Source: Hypanus sabinus
Lineage: Eukaryota
DNA: 64,000 nucleotides
Direction of reading: 5' to 3'
Assembly (NCBI RefSeq): GCF_030144855.1
Contig: NC_082733.1
Span: 16,988,001-17,052,000 of the forward strand
The notes under the pieces were generated by a model. The model saw nothing but the letters and a program-made list of their open reading frames with translations. It did no database searches and was not told the origin of the DNA. Positions 49,517 to 60,929 of this stretch are shown in pieces (the first letter of the stretch is position 1; each line of letters starts with the position of its first letter). Both the position numbers and the translations under genes were made by a program.

Positions 49517-50950
49517 CAGAATCAGAAACAGGTTTAATATCATTGGCATATGTTGTGAAATTTGTTAACTTAGCAGCACATTGCAATACATGATAATATA
49601 GGAAAAATAATAATAAATAAGTAAATCAATAGAATTGTGTGTGTGTGTGTGTGTGTGTGTATGTATTAAATTAATAATAGTGCCAAAATGCCAAAATGGA
49701 CTCAGGTCACTTTCGGTGTGTGCTGCGTCTGTGAGGCTGGTTTCGACGGAGCTTCCATTGTGTGCTGTGTCTGCGAGGCTGAGTCGGGTGGCGCCTTGGA
49801 AGTCCATAGTGGGGGTACTCCCTTCTGCCGCTGGTGTGGGATGGCGAGTCTGTTGGGACCCTGGGGACTTGTGGAAACTGTGGTGATTTCTTTTGAACTT
49901 ACAGTCCTTTAACATCTTGGACTATTTTTACTGTGCCCATAGTCTGTTTTTTTTAATCAATTATGCTATTGTTTGCACTGTTGTAACTATATGTTGTAAT
50001 TATGTGGTTTTGTGCAGGTCTTGTCGCTTTAGTTTTTGGTCTTGTTTGTCTGGTGGACTTGGAGCTCCTTTCCGGGGAACACGCTAGACGGTAGCGCAAT
50101 ATTAGTACGCAGCAGCCTCTCCAGACTCTGGATTGGGGATTGCCAAACGTTACGTGGATTTTCTGGTGTAGTCTATTTTGTTATATGCTTTTGTGATATC
50201 ATTCTGGGGGAACATTGTCTCATTTTTAACTGCATTGCATTTGTGGTTTCTAAATGACAATAAACAATCTGAATCTGAAAATAGAAACAATAAAAAATAA
50301 TAAAAGTGAGGTGGTGTCCATGGGTTCAATGTCCATTTAGGAATTGAATAGCAGAGGGGAAGAAGCTGTTCCTGAATTGCTGAGTGTGTGTCTTCAGGCT
50401 TCTGTACTGCTTTCCTGATGGTAACAATGAGAAGAGGGCATGTCTTGGGTGATGATGGATGCTGCCTTTCTGAGACACTGGTCCTTGAAGATGTCTTGAG
50501 GCTAGTAGCAAGATGAAGCTGACAAATTTTACAACTTTCTGTAGCTTCTTTATATCTTGTGCAGTGCCCCCACCCCCAGACCAGACAATGATGCAGCCTG
50601 TATTCTGACAGGTACATCTGTACAGTAGATGTTTTTGAGTGCCTTAGGTGACAAACCAAATCTCCTCAAACTCCTGATGAAATATAGCCATTGTCTTGGC
50701 TTCTTTACAGCTATATTGATATGCTGGTATCAGGTTAGATCCTTATAGATAATGAAACCCAACAACTTGAAATTGTTCGCTCTCTCCACTTCTAACACCT
50801 CTATGAGGATTGGTTTGAAGTCCTGAATCAGCTCCCTGGTCTTGCTGACATTGAGATATCACTCAATGTTGCTGTTGTGATACCACTCAATTAGCTGGTA
50901 TACCTCACTCCTTTCTGTACACCCTCTCATCTCCAACTGAGATTCTTCCA
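49517..50950 (-). mobile_element. Rex1-like LINE 3' fragment with (TG)n and nested insertion
   Basis: LFSLLPSGKQYRSLKTHTQQFRNSFFPSAIQFLN; tail ATCAGAATCAGAAACAGGTTTAAT; homologous to 26115-27130. Confidence 0.88.
49690..50278 (+). mobile_element. Short non-coding retroposon nested in the Rex1-like fragment
   Basis: Interrupts the LINE 3' UTR; ~43-bp internal tandem duplication (TGTGTGCTG.GTCTG.GAGGCTG); ends AATGACAATAAA..TCTGAATCTGAA. Confidence 0.75.
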
Positions 50951-50954
50951 ATAC

Positions 50955-51095
50955 CCTGATCTATCTATACCCCTCATAATCTTGTACACCTTTATCAAAT
51001 CTCATATCAATCTTTGATGTTCAAAGAAATTAAGTCATAACCTATTCAATCTTTCCTTATAAATCAGGTCCTCCAGACCCAGCAACATCCTTGTA
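50955..51095 (-). mobile_element. CR1 3' fragment
   Basis: Matches 36780-36915 (ATCTATACCCCTCATAAT..CCTATTCAATCTTTCCTTATAA). Confidence 0.8.
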
Positions 51096-51235
51096 ATATT
51101 TGAGTCATATTGTAAATGTATTGTTGATTAAGCATTCTTTTTTGTTTACATAATTCATTATGGGTTGTATATAAAAGTATGTGAATGGCATACATCGAAA
51201 TGTCACCACATCATAAGTATATGCCTCACTTACTC
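51092..51235 (+). repeat. Partial LTR of the nested Gypsy family
   Basis: Reverse complement of 32510-32640 / 39660-39790 (AAAGAATGCTTAATCAACAA..TTTACAATA). Confidence 0.7.
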
Positions 51236-51974
51236 ACGAAGACTATCACGTTATTTGGTGTTTGCACTATTTTGTAACTTGTAGTAATTTTTTAATGTAT
51301 TGCATTATACTGCTACCGCAAAACAACAAAATTTACAACATACATCGGTGATAATAAACCTGATTTAAATTCTACTTTTGAACCGCGTGAAGTAAGAGCT
51401 TTGTAAAAATGAACAGTAATAACAGAATTCTCTGATCAAATTTCATTATTCATTTAAGTATTCTTTTCCAACTTAATTGTGTTAACCTGGCATAGATTAA
51501 TTATGTATTTGAAATTGGTTTATTGTTAATATATGTATTTTTAAATAAGGCTGTCAAGTGCACTACCTTTAAGTAACCTAATTTAACATGACTGGAAACA
51601 TATTTTTAAGTACTTAACATTAATATTTTGATTGCAGTGTAGCTGAGAGTTGAGATATATTTTGATACAAATGATGTACTTTACAAAGTGCCTATTGGGG
51701 ACTGGACGACTAAGAAAATCAGTACATCGTGACTCTGGCAGATTCTCACAGTTTAAATCTGGGGGTGTGGCCAGTTCTGTAGGCAGGGTTTGATCTAGGC
51801 TAATGGAATCCTAAACCTGTTTAATAGTCTGTAACTCACTTACATTTAGGATTCCCAATTCATCACAATTTGGGCTATACTGTAGAGGTCAGATTAGCAG
51901 AAACAAAGGGAAACTACCACAATGGCTTCTCTCTTTTGTTTCTTGAGGAGAAAGTAGAGTAAGGGAAGTAGCAA

Positions 51975-52320
51975 ACACCAGGACATCTGAAGATGCTAGA
52001 AATCCAAAGCAACACATGCAAAATGCTGGAGGAACTCAGCAGGTTAGGCAGCATTTATAGAAATGAGTAAACAGTTGATGTTTTGGGCCAAGACCCTTTT
52101 TCAGGACTCGAAAGGAGGGGGAAGATACCTGAATAAAAAGGTGGGGGAGGGGAAGGAAGATAGCTAGCAGGTGGTAAGTGAGGACAGGTGGGCAGGAAAG
52201 GTAAAGGGCTGCAGAGGAAGGAATCTGATTGGAGGGGAGAGGAGACCGTGGGAGAAAGGGCAGAAGGACGTCCCTTCCAAGGGGAGGTGATAGACAGGTG
52301 AAAAGTAGTAAGAGGCCAAA
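51975..52320 (-). mobile_element. PLE 3' terminal repeat with decayed hammerhead motif (52072-52108)
   Basis: Homologous to 14256-14560; reverse strand AGTC-CTGAAAA-AGGGTCTTGGCCC-AAAA-CATC-AACT. Confidence 0.85.
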
Positions 52321-52554
52321 GAACATTAAAGGCTTGTTTCAATTTTCATGTTTATGGCAGGACAAGATCAGAGGACTACTGCAGTTTCTCCTTACTCTTT
52401 GATATTCGTGGAAGGGTGAATATAGTTTAAATTTTTAGCATAATTACAAACTATTCAGTGTTCAGGTGATTGAAAAGATTGTGCCAGATCTACATTTCTT
52501 GATCTGTTATCAGTGTACTTTTTTCCCCAAGTTCTACATTCATTTTCTACACTA

Positions 52555-53068
52555 CAGAAAATACTGGCAATGCAGGACAATGTCTCTCACCCTCTGCATG
52601 CCACCTTGGCTAAGCAGAGGAGCACTTTTAGTAATAGACTAAGACAACTGTGTTACTCCAACGAGTGCTATATGAGGTCATTCTTACCCTTGGCCATTAG
52701 GCTCCATAATGAGTCAACCTATAGCCGGGGAAGTGATGACCCCCCCCCCCCCACCCCTCCTGTTAGACTGTTTGAGGTAATTTATTTTTTATTCTTTCGT
52801 ACTTCTCTTCTAATATTTATATATCTGTGCACTTGTGCACTACCATACTTTCCCTTTTCTATTTTCTAATTATGATTTATAATTTAAATTTTTATTATAT
52901 TTACTTCGATTTGTACTTCAGGGAGCGCGAAGTGCAGAAACAAATAGCACTGTGATGATTGTATGTTCTAGTATCAATTGTTTGGTGACAATAAAGTATT
53001 TGTATTTGTAATGTTACTGTAACAGCAATTTCCTTTGGGATCAATAAAGTATCTGTCTATATATCTAT
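52555..53068 (+). mobile_element. Rex1-like LINE 3' end with a nested tail of another family (52835-53010)
   Basis: HPLHATLAKQRSTFSNRLRQL..RSFLPLAIRLHN; tail GGGATCAATAAAGTATCT..; nested part matches 30445-30600. Confidence 0.8.
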
Positions 53069-53479
53069 TGTTTTAAATTAAAGTTCTGGTTTATATGAAT
53101 AAATATAATTTTGTCTTGCTGATCAAATACTTAAACACAAACTGAGGTTATATCTAATTGTAATAAGGAAGGGTCCAAACTTTGTTCACTAATTAAAATG
53201 ATGAATAGTAATATCATAAATTATAAATTAGCATAATATCTGACATGACTACAATGAAAAAATGATTATTAAAATGGAGCAGCAGTACACAAACATGAGC
53301 ATGTTCGTATTACAGCAGCTTTCTGCTTTTCCTGTGTGACATTACATTATGGTGTTTGCCTCCTATTATGGTGTATAGGTCAACTTTGCCAAGTTACAAT
53401 AATCAAGATATTATCAAATGAATTGTAACGAGATGTTGTCCATGAATTATGCAAAAACTGAAAGTAAAAGACATTCTAA

Positions 53480-53595
53480 CTGGTGGAAGCATGAAAACGG
53501 TACAAACTGCTGTAAACATCCAAGCCAGGCAGCCTCTGAGAGAGAGAATAAATAACGTTGACGTTTCTGGAAAATGACCTTTCATCAAAATTGGT
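53480..53595 (-). mobile_element. Old PLE tail with hammerhead-like core
   Basis: Reverse strand TTGATGA-AAGGTCATTTTCCA-GAAACGTC..CAGAGGCTGCCTGGC. Confidence 0.6.
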
Positions 53596-54234
53596 TTTAC
53601 TATGTTTTATATTTTTGATTTGAATTGGCTGATAATTCATGTTCCACTTTACATCATTCTTTTTCTACTTATTCAAATAACCATCCAATCATTTGAATAA
53701 GTAAACAAAATGTGTAAACAAAATGAGTTAAAGAAGTTGGAATCACCAGGATTTTGCCGGGTTTGTGAGATGCGTACTCCGTCCAATTGCACCCCTGGAA
53801 GAGCAGGATTAAATGGACTCTCCTAATCCTTGAGGTTTCAGCCGCAAGCGTTGCCTGTGCTGTCCTTTTTATTAATTGCAATGCTTGTGTAAACATCGCT
53901 TGGATCGTCACACACGAACAAATGTTTTTCTGCGAACATAAATGTCCCTCTTTCCTGCTTCCTCCCTGTTCATTAAGAATGCGATCCACGAAGATTTCTA
54001 CGTAAGGGGTGGGATGGAGGGGCAATAACTCCCCCCCCCCCATCTCTTAACAGTTGAACAGTCACCATTATTTTTAGGACAGTGAGTAAACTTCCTGGGG
54101 GGGGGGTGTGGGGTAGGAATGACAACATTGTAACCAAATAAATATGTTTACAAATAAAAGTAACCATTTGCCTCGGATACTTATTCTCTGTGTGGATTGC
54201 ATTTGATGCATAATACATAAAAGCGTGAAATTAA

Positions 54235-54870
54235 AGGCTTGCGTTTGAAGCGAGAGGGAGGTATAGCGATCGCCGACCGCCTGAGCATTGGGTTAAAGTG
54301 TGCGAGCGCCGACTGGAGCAGTTCGCCGCCAAGGGCACCGAGACCGCGGGAGCTTTCCGCATTCCGGGGGGTGGGGGGAGGAGGGTTTGTTTCGCTTTGC
54401 TTTCGGGGCGGAAATCAAGAAGTGGGGGGAAGAACTTGCGCGATAATTTATAAAAAAACACAAATAAGGTGGAAGGGAGGCGTTCAGCTCGGGGCCCTCC
54501 TTCCTGCCCCCTCCCTCTCACTGCCCTTCTCCCCCCTCCCCAATCCTCCTCATCCCGCCGGCTTGGAGGTGGATCTCGGTTCGTTTGAAGCCTGGTTTTC
54601 CAGTCGAAGGTGGTTGGGGGCTGGGGAGGGGGCAGAGGCAGGCAGGCAGACAGACAGACAGGCAGCGATGGCTCGACCGAGGCCGAGAGACTACAAGGCT
54701 GGCGATCTGGTGTTCGCCAAGATGAAAGGCTACCCGCACTGGCCAGCGAGGGTGAGTGGAGCCGGTACGGAGGACGGCGCGGGGCGGCGAGCGATGCCGC
54801 CGGGCACCTCGGCTCGGCCGGGGGAAAGGCGGCGCAAGCTGCCCGCTCCTCGGCCGCCGCTTGACATGTT
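54235..54870 (+). promoter_or_regulatory. CpG island promoter / 5' UTR / first splice donor region of HDGFL3
   Basis: Dense CpG and high GC against a CpG-poor background; inverted CCAAT (ATTGG ~54287), GC-box-like GGGGCGG (~54405), TATA-like TTTATAAAA (~54447); TE-poor surroundings. Confidence 0.8.
54668..54751 (+). CDS. HDGFL3: HDGF-like 3 (HRP-3), first coding exon (PWWP/HATH domain N-terminus)
   Basis: [28 protein letters not shown] is nearly identical to the recalled vertebrate HDGFL3 N-terminus ([28 protein letters not shown]); strong Kozak GCGATGG; phase-0 donor AGG|GTGAGT at 54752; exon 2 not seen in window. Confidence 0.95.
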
Positions 54871-56329
54871 CTTTTTTTTTTGGTGTGTGTTAATGCCATG
54901 AAACAAAACAAAAAAAAAGGAACAGGCGAGTACCTGAGATGTGGAACATAGAAGGGCCGCTTTCAAATGATTATATAATCTCCCGGCACCTATAGGAAAT
55001 AATTGCCCGCCACAAGAAGGCCGATTGAAAGGTTTTGCCGCCGTTAAACTGTTTTATTTTAATATAGATTCCTGCATCGTAGTATGGGGGATCTTACGGG
55101 GTGGAGGGGGGGGGGGGGTAAGGACCACACATCGATGTATGTGTCTGAATCCCACATGGGTTGACTAAGAGCACCGAGGCCGTAAATAAACCGATGCTGG
55201 AAACCTCCAGTTAAGGGTTTGTTGGTAGTTACTGTTCCCAGTTAGGGAATATATCTTGGCAGCCTTTTTTTTTGTGGTTGGCAAGTATTTTCATTGATCC
55301 TAGGGAAGAAAAAAGAAAGATGGTGATTACACGTTACAGCTGTGGTTTGGTTGCGTGGAAGTGCATTGTTAGTAATTTTCTTGCTTTATGACAAGTGGTA
55401 AACAAGAAGCAGGGAATGGTGTTCATCATTCTTAAATCAATATCACGTTACTCTGACTCATGTAAGTCAGGTGCTGTTGACAAGGTGGCTCTGAAACGTG
55501 TTTCCTCTGAATGAATATTGAACATCAATCTAGCAGAGCGCGTTTGCTGATGTGGGAGGAGGCTTCCAAAAGCATCGATCATGAGATGGGTGCCAGAACA
55601 TTGTACCTCTCACACCCCGTGCCAAGTCTAACTATGCGCCACAGAAACTGCGAGCAAGTTGTTTTTTTTTTAACACAGCTGTGTAACATTTTCACACAAA
55701 ATGTGTGCATGTTACAATTAATTCCAAATTAGGACATTGCCAAGTTTTATTTCCAGCATGCATTTCTGCCAGTATTTAATTGCTGACCATTTTGAATGCA
55801 ACGAGAGGCCAGTTGAATTTATACCTGTTCGATGAGTTGTTAAAATAATAATATTTAAATTAATATAATTTTATTTTCATATGACCTAATTATTGTTGTG
55901 CTTCAGATGGTGTAGAATGAATTCCCACTCAATCCTACTTTATTTGCTGGTTGTGATCTGTCTCTGACAATGAGAACATGTTTACTGTCATATGTACTTG
56001 GATAGTAAAGAGCTGCTGAAGAATTATTCCATTCACTGCAAAGATTTCAGCAGATACAATGGACAACCTACTGATGAACAACTTTAAGGCCTTTAAATTT
56101 TTCTGACATCACCAGCATTACACAATTTGGTGTAATGTTGACAATCTTGAACCTATTGTTTCACTACGATATACCAAAAGCACTGTGTTGTTGCCAGTTC
56201 TATCATACTGTTATGCTGACTTCAGACTTCAACAGAACATTAAAGAACATAATCAGTGGCACCTTGAAACGACCTTTTGAAACTTAAGCACTGAAGAATC
56301 TTTTGTCATATAATCCCCAACGATAATCT

Positions 56330-56670
56330 CCAGAATCAGAATCAGGTTGAATATCAACAGCATATGTTGTGAACTTTGTTGTCTTTGCTGCAGCAGTACA
56401 ATGCAATACATAAAACTAGGAAAAGAATGGTGAATTACAGTAAGTATATACACTAAATAGTTAAATAAGCAGTGCGAAACTAAAAATTAAAAAAAGTAGC
56501 ATGGTAGTGTTCATGGGTTCCATGTCCATTCAGAAATCAGATGGCAGAGAGGAAGAAGATGTTTCTGACTCATTGACGGTATGCCTTCAGGCTCTTGTAC
56601 CTCCTTCCTGATGGTAGCAATGAGAAGAAGGCATGTTCTGGGTGATGGGGGACCTTGATGATGGATTTCA
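56330..56670 (-). mobile_element. Rex1-like LINE 3' end (intron 1)
   Basis: HHPEHAFFSLLPSGRRYKSLK; (CAGAAT)n tail. Confidence 0.85.
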
Positions 56671-56819
56671 TCCAAACACAGTAGAAAACCAATTGGTCCA
56701 CTAAGTCGTTTGAAGCAATCATACATGCAGAGATCTGTGCATCCTCTAGCATATTGCCAGGGCCAGTTATGAGGAGAGACTGTACTTTGTGGAGTGGAGG
56801 AGGATAAGAGGACTTCTGG

Positions 56820-57135
56820 TCAAAGTATTCAAAATTATGAGGGATATACTGGAGATGGGGTAGGTTCCAGGGAACTTTATCCCATATCAAAAGTAAACCA
56901 ATCATACTTAGGATGAAAGTGGAAGGGATTCTGAGAGGGGCCTTTTTCACCCACACAGTGGGGAGCTGAATGCACTGCCCACCAGAGAAGTTGAAGCCAA
57001 GTCACTGGCAGCATTTAACAAATGTGGAGATGAGGACTTCAATTGTACAGGCATAGGAGATTATGGGATTAGAACAGATGGATGCCTTCTGGTCAGTATG
57101 GAGGTGGTGGGCCAAATGGCCTGCTTCCCGGATGT
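56820..57135 (+). mobile_element. Old CR1 3' end
   Basis: AAAATTATGAGGG..TTTTTCACCCAC..GTGGGCCAAATGGCCTG. Confidence 0.65.
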
Positions 57136-59127
57136 TCAACCCCATAGCCCAGTTGAACTTCCTGTTTACTTTTTGAACAGTGGTATATGCAGCTTTCCAG
57201 TACAGAGAGAACTAAATATGGAATTTGTGAACAAATCTACAGAGAATTTTTTTAAAAAGTTCATTTATATAATGCCCTTCATGATTTGAATGTCTTAAAA
57301 TGCTTTATGTTGCAGTAAAGTGTATTGGTTGTTGAAATGTGGGATGCACTTGCTAAAAGGATGTTCCTTGAGGAACATCCATTATACCTTGTTTGTAGAA
57401 GTGATATTTCAGTTTTCATTTTGCAACAGTGCCCAAACCATCCGTATCAACATAGTTTTTTTCACCTGTTTGAGTACTGCACATAATGCATTTTGATATA
57501 TAGTTACTTAATCCTTTATTCCATCCATTTATTCCCTTTCAGTGCTTGTGTGTAAATTCACGATTTTGTGCTTCTGATTAGTCTTGTATTTTTACTTCTT
57601 GCCCCTGGTGTAATTAGTGAGGTAACTGGGAACAGGAGATCAACAGGAGCTCCTTTGGATTTGGGTACCTCTAACTCATATGGCATCATCTTTATGGGCC
57701 AGTATGCAATCCCATATCTTATTAAGATCAGTGTCTGGTCCTACCTGAATTCTGGTGTGCCAATTCTCCTTTCAGAGGCAAGGGAAAGGAAAACTAAAAG
57801 GACATTGAGGGTACTCTTGGTGCGAAGTTCCCCTAATTTGTGGCAACTCCTGGTAATGCTGGGCACTGCCTTGGGGTATCCAGCAATCAGTGTAGTAGAA
57901 GCCCACCGAGGAGCAGGGAGAACAGTGAATCGTTGTGTCAAGCTTCCCCATCCAATTTGCCAACATATTAAAGACTGAGAAATGACTTGATGAACTGTAA
58001 ATAGAACATTATCAAAATTCTCAAGTGGGTTACCCACCGAAGTACAAATCTGTTGCATACCTACTCATAATATGAAAGCCACTGTGTTATCCAAATCGGA
58101 ATCGCTAATTGCCAGTATGTGAAGCATACCAGAATTGGTTGTGGTTCAATGCAAAGCATAAGACACAGGACAGTACCATAACGGACAACACAAAACCAAC
58201 CAACAGTTTACCAGACAATAGTGCAAAAAACTTTGAGCAATTAACAATTAGCAAAATGGTAACATGCGCAAATGTAGAGGAAATATCAGCAAGATTGGCT
58301 CCAGTGCCTTGCTTCTTACAACTTGCTGTCTTCAAGTTCTGTGAAAAAAAGGGTGTCTTCTTTGAACCAAATCTACAGCCTGATATTTTGGTTCCACTCC
58401 CCTGTGTGTTGACTTCCACTACGAGTCATGTAATTTGAATAGTATGACCTCCAAGTGTCCAACCTGCAATACAACATGTATAAACCAAACTCCAGTGGTG
58501 ATGATGCTAAACTGTCATAAAAGCATGACGTGGAAGACTTTTCTCTGCTCCAGTTGTTCCACATGAGTGTAATGTTTGGTATTTGTACAGATGACCTTGC
58601 TGAGTAAGTTGTGCGGTAATGTAAGTTTACATAAGTTCATTGCTTAGTGCCGGCCATTCTGCAATATGTTGTGAAGCGACGCCACGTGGTTTACACAGTT
58701 TGCTCATCTTCTACTCAGAATTGTTGACAGGCTTGATATCATTCAGATTTAATGTTGGACGTAGGGACAAGTATGCCATTCAGAGCTCTGCTGATCTGTC
58801 ACCTAACTCTTAAGTATTTTCTCCTTGAATGTCATTGGTTAGCAATAATCTACTAGCCTTGCATTAAAAATTATGACTGACCCAGCATCAGCTGTTGTTT
58901 CAGGAACTCCCAGATTTTGTTCTACCTCTGTATTGAGAATTATTTCCTAAATTTATCCGCAGATGTCCTGACAAACGTACTCAATGTCCTGCCATTCAAG
59001 TTTTCAAAGTCAGCGGTAATACTTCCCATCTGCTCCATCAGCTCCCTGTAATCTTCAGAAATCCAGGGGTGCAACACCAGTTTGAGCATTTTTCCACAGA
59101 TTATAACCCTTCTTCCTAAATTAGGAG

Positions 59128-59650
59128 AAACATAGAATTGTTTAAGCACTACAGCACAGAAACAGGCCCTCTTGTCCATCTAGTGTGTGCCAAACTGTTA
59201 CTCTGCCTATAAAATTGACCCACACCTGAACCATAGTGCTCCATACCCCTTCCATCTACGTACTTATGCAGACTTTTCCAGAGTTGCGATTGAACCTACA
59301 TCCAATATTTCCACTGGCAGTTCGTTCCACAGTCACACTACCCGCTGAGTGAAGAAGTTCCCCTCAGGTTTTCTCTTAAATATTTCACATATTGCCATTA
59401 ACCTATTACCTCCAGTTCTAATCACAACCAACCTCAGTGGCAAAAGACCTGCTAGCATTTACCCTATCTATACCCCTCATTACTTTGTACATCTCTATCA
59501 AATCTCCCCTTATTTCCCTACACTTCATGGGATAGTCTTAACTTACTCAACTTTTACCTAAAACTCAGGTCCTCAAGTCTTGGCAGTTTTCTTATAAATT
59601 TTCTCTGTGCTCTTTCAACCATATCGAGATCTTTCCTTTAGGTAGGTGGC
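59128..59650 (-). mobile_element. CR1 3' end
   Basis: Homologous to 36470-36970. Confidence 0.85.
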
Positions 59651-60114
59651 CTGTTCTGCTAACTGATGCTACAGTCCCTCCCAGGATGGATACAACATCC
59701 CTGTGGTGTTAGGAACAGCTCATACTTCTTCAGAAATCATCAAATTACTACCATACAACTGTAGAAAACAATCTAGCTCCTTCTTTGTCTGTTTTGTAGA
59801 TATAAAGTCCAGTTTTCTATTAGACTCTAAAATCACTTTCTGTACTGGTACATGACATCTTAATTTTCTTATTAGCCAACATCAATTTGGACTTGATTAT
59901 TTTCCATCTTTTCATTCATTTGAAAGTTTTTGATCCTTTCTATGTTAATCTCTCAATTGCTTATATTGAATCCCATTTTCCACAGTTCGTGCCATTTATT
60001 ATGTTGATTAATTTTACTCATTTAATGCAGGAAATATGGCGCCACTGCATAGATAAATAACCATATAAAGACAATCAAATAATTTATTATAGTGTTGTCA
60101 TATTGAAATGGCTA

Positions 60115-60260
60115 AAATACTGGGAATAACCTCTCTGCTCTTCTTTATGATTTTATTTACATTTGATCTTGAGAGGGCAGAGGGTTTAACATCTCATTTA
60201 AAGGATGGCAATTCTGACTTCCAGCATTCTCCTACTGCTGAAGATGCAACTCAGAGCAAG
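60115..60260 (-). mobile_element. Deu-domain SINE (SacSINE1/AmnSINE1 superfamily) fragment
   Basis: GGGAATAAC..CTGCTCTTCTT..TGAGAGGGCAGA..GGTTTAACATCTCAT..AAAG.ATGGCA..TCTGAC..CAGCA.TC matches the recalled Deu core in antisense. Confidence 0.65.
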
Positions 60261-60929
60261 GGTGCTACGAATTGGGCCAGGCCTGATAAAGTCTGTACTA
60301 TTGCCTGATATTATAACTAATACACATTTGGACATATGGCACTCTACCTAATCTAAAGCATTAGTAAATATAATGAGTAGTAGCAGCAGTGCCAACACAT
60401 ATAGTATCACTGTGGGACACCATAAGTGCTATTCTGCCAATTACAATACCTGGCCATTATCTCTGTTCTGCTGTTTTCGGCTGTTTGCTGATCTCCTATA
60501 CTGGCGTGGAATTTGTTCTCAATTCCACTGGCTTTACTGTAACTGTCTTTTATGAGGGAAAGGTTTTTTTTGAAGTTCAATAAATAATACTCGCAGGCAT
60601 TCCCCTGAGATGAATCTACTTGAAAAAAATTCAAAATGTTTTGTCAGACATGATGGAACTCTGTATATTTATAATGGGGCTCTTGATTAGCTGAGAAGTT
60701 TTATGATCCTTAATTATAGTCTTTAGTGATTTCTCAACAATACATGTTACACTAATTGGTCTATAATGGACTGGTTTTCCATGCTCACCTTTTTAAAAAA
60801 AAAAGTCAGAGTGGATTACTCACTCAGTAGGAACAGTACTTGAACTGAAAGAATATAAGAAGATAATGGTAAGGGCACCTAAATTGTTCTCTTCTACTTC
60901 CTTTAAGTATATAGGAAGAAAACCCTTTA

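Noticed and set aside
1-54200. Exons of an upstream neighbour such as BNC1
   Set aside because: No C2H2 zinc-finger or other host coding signature recognised.
54231-54911. 226-aa antisense ORF and 220-aa sense ORF over the CpG island
   Set aside because: Stop-poor GC-rich DNA. Only 54668-54751 matches a known protein and it ends at a canonical splice donor; the rest is low-complexity UTR or intron translation.
55454-55460. AP-1 site TGACTCA in intron 1
   Set aside because: A single 7-mer is expected by chance several times in 64 kb.
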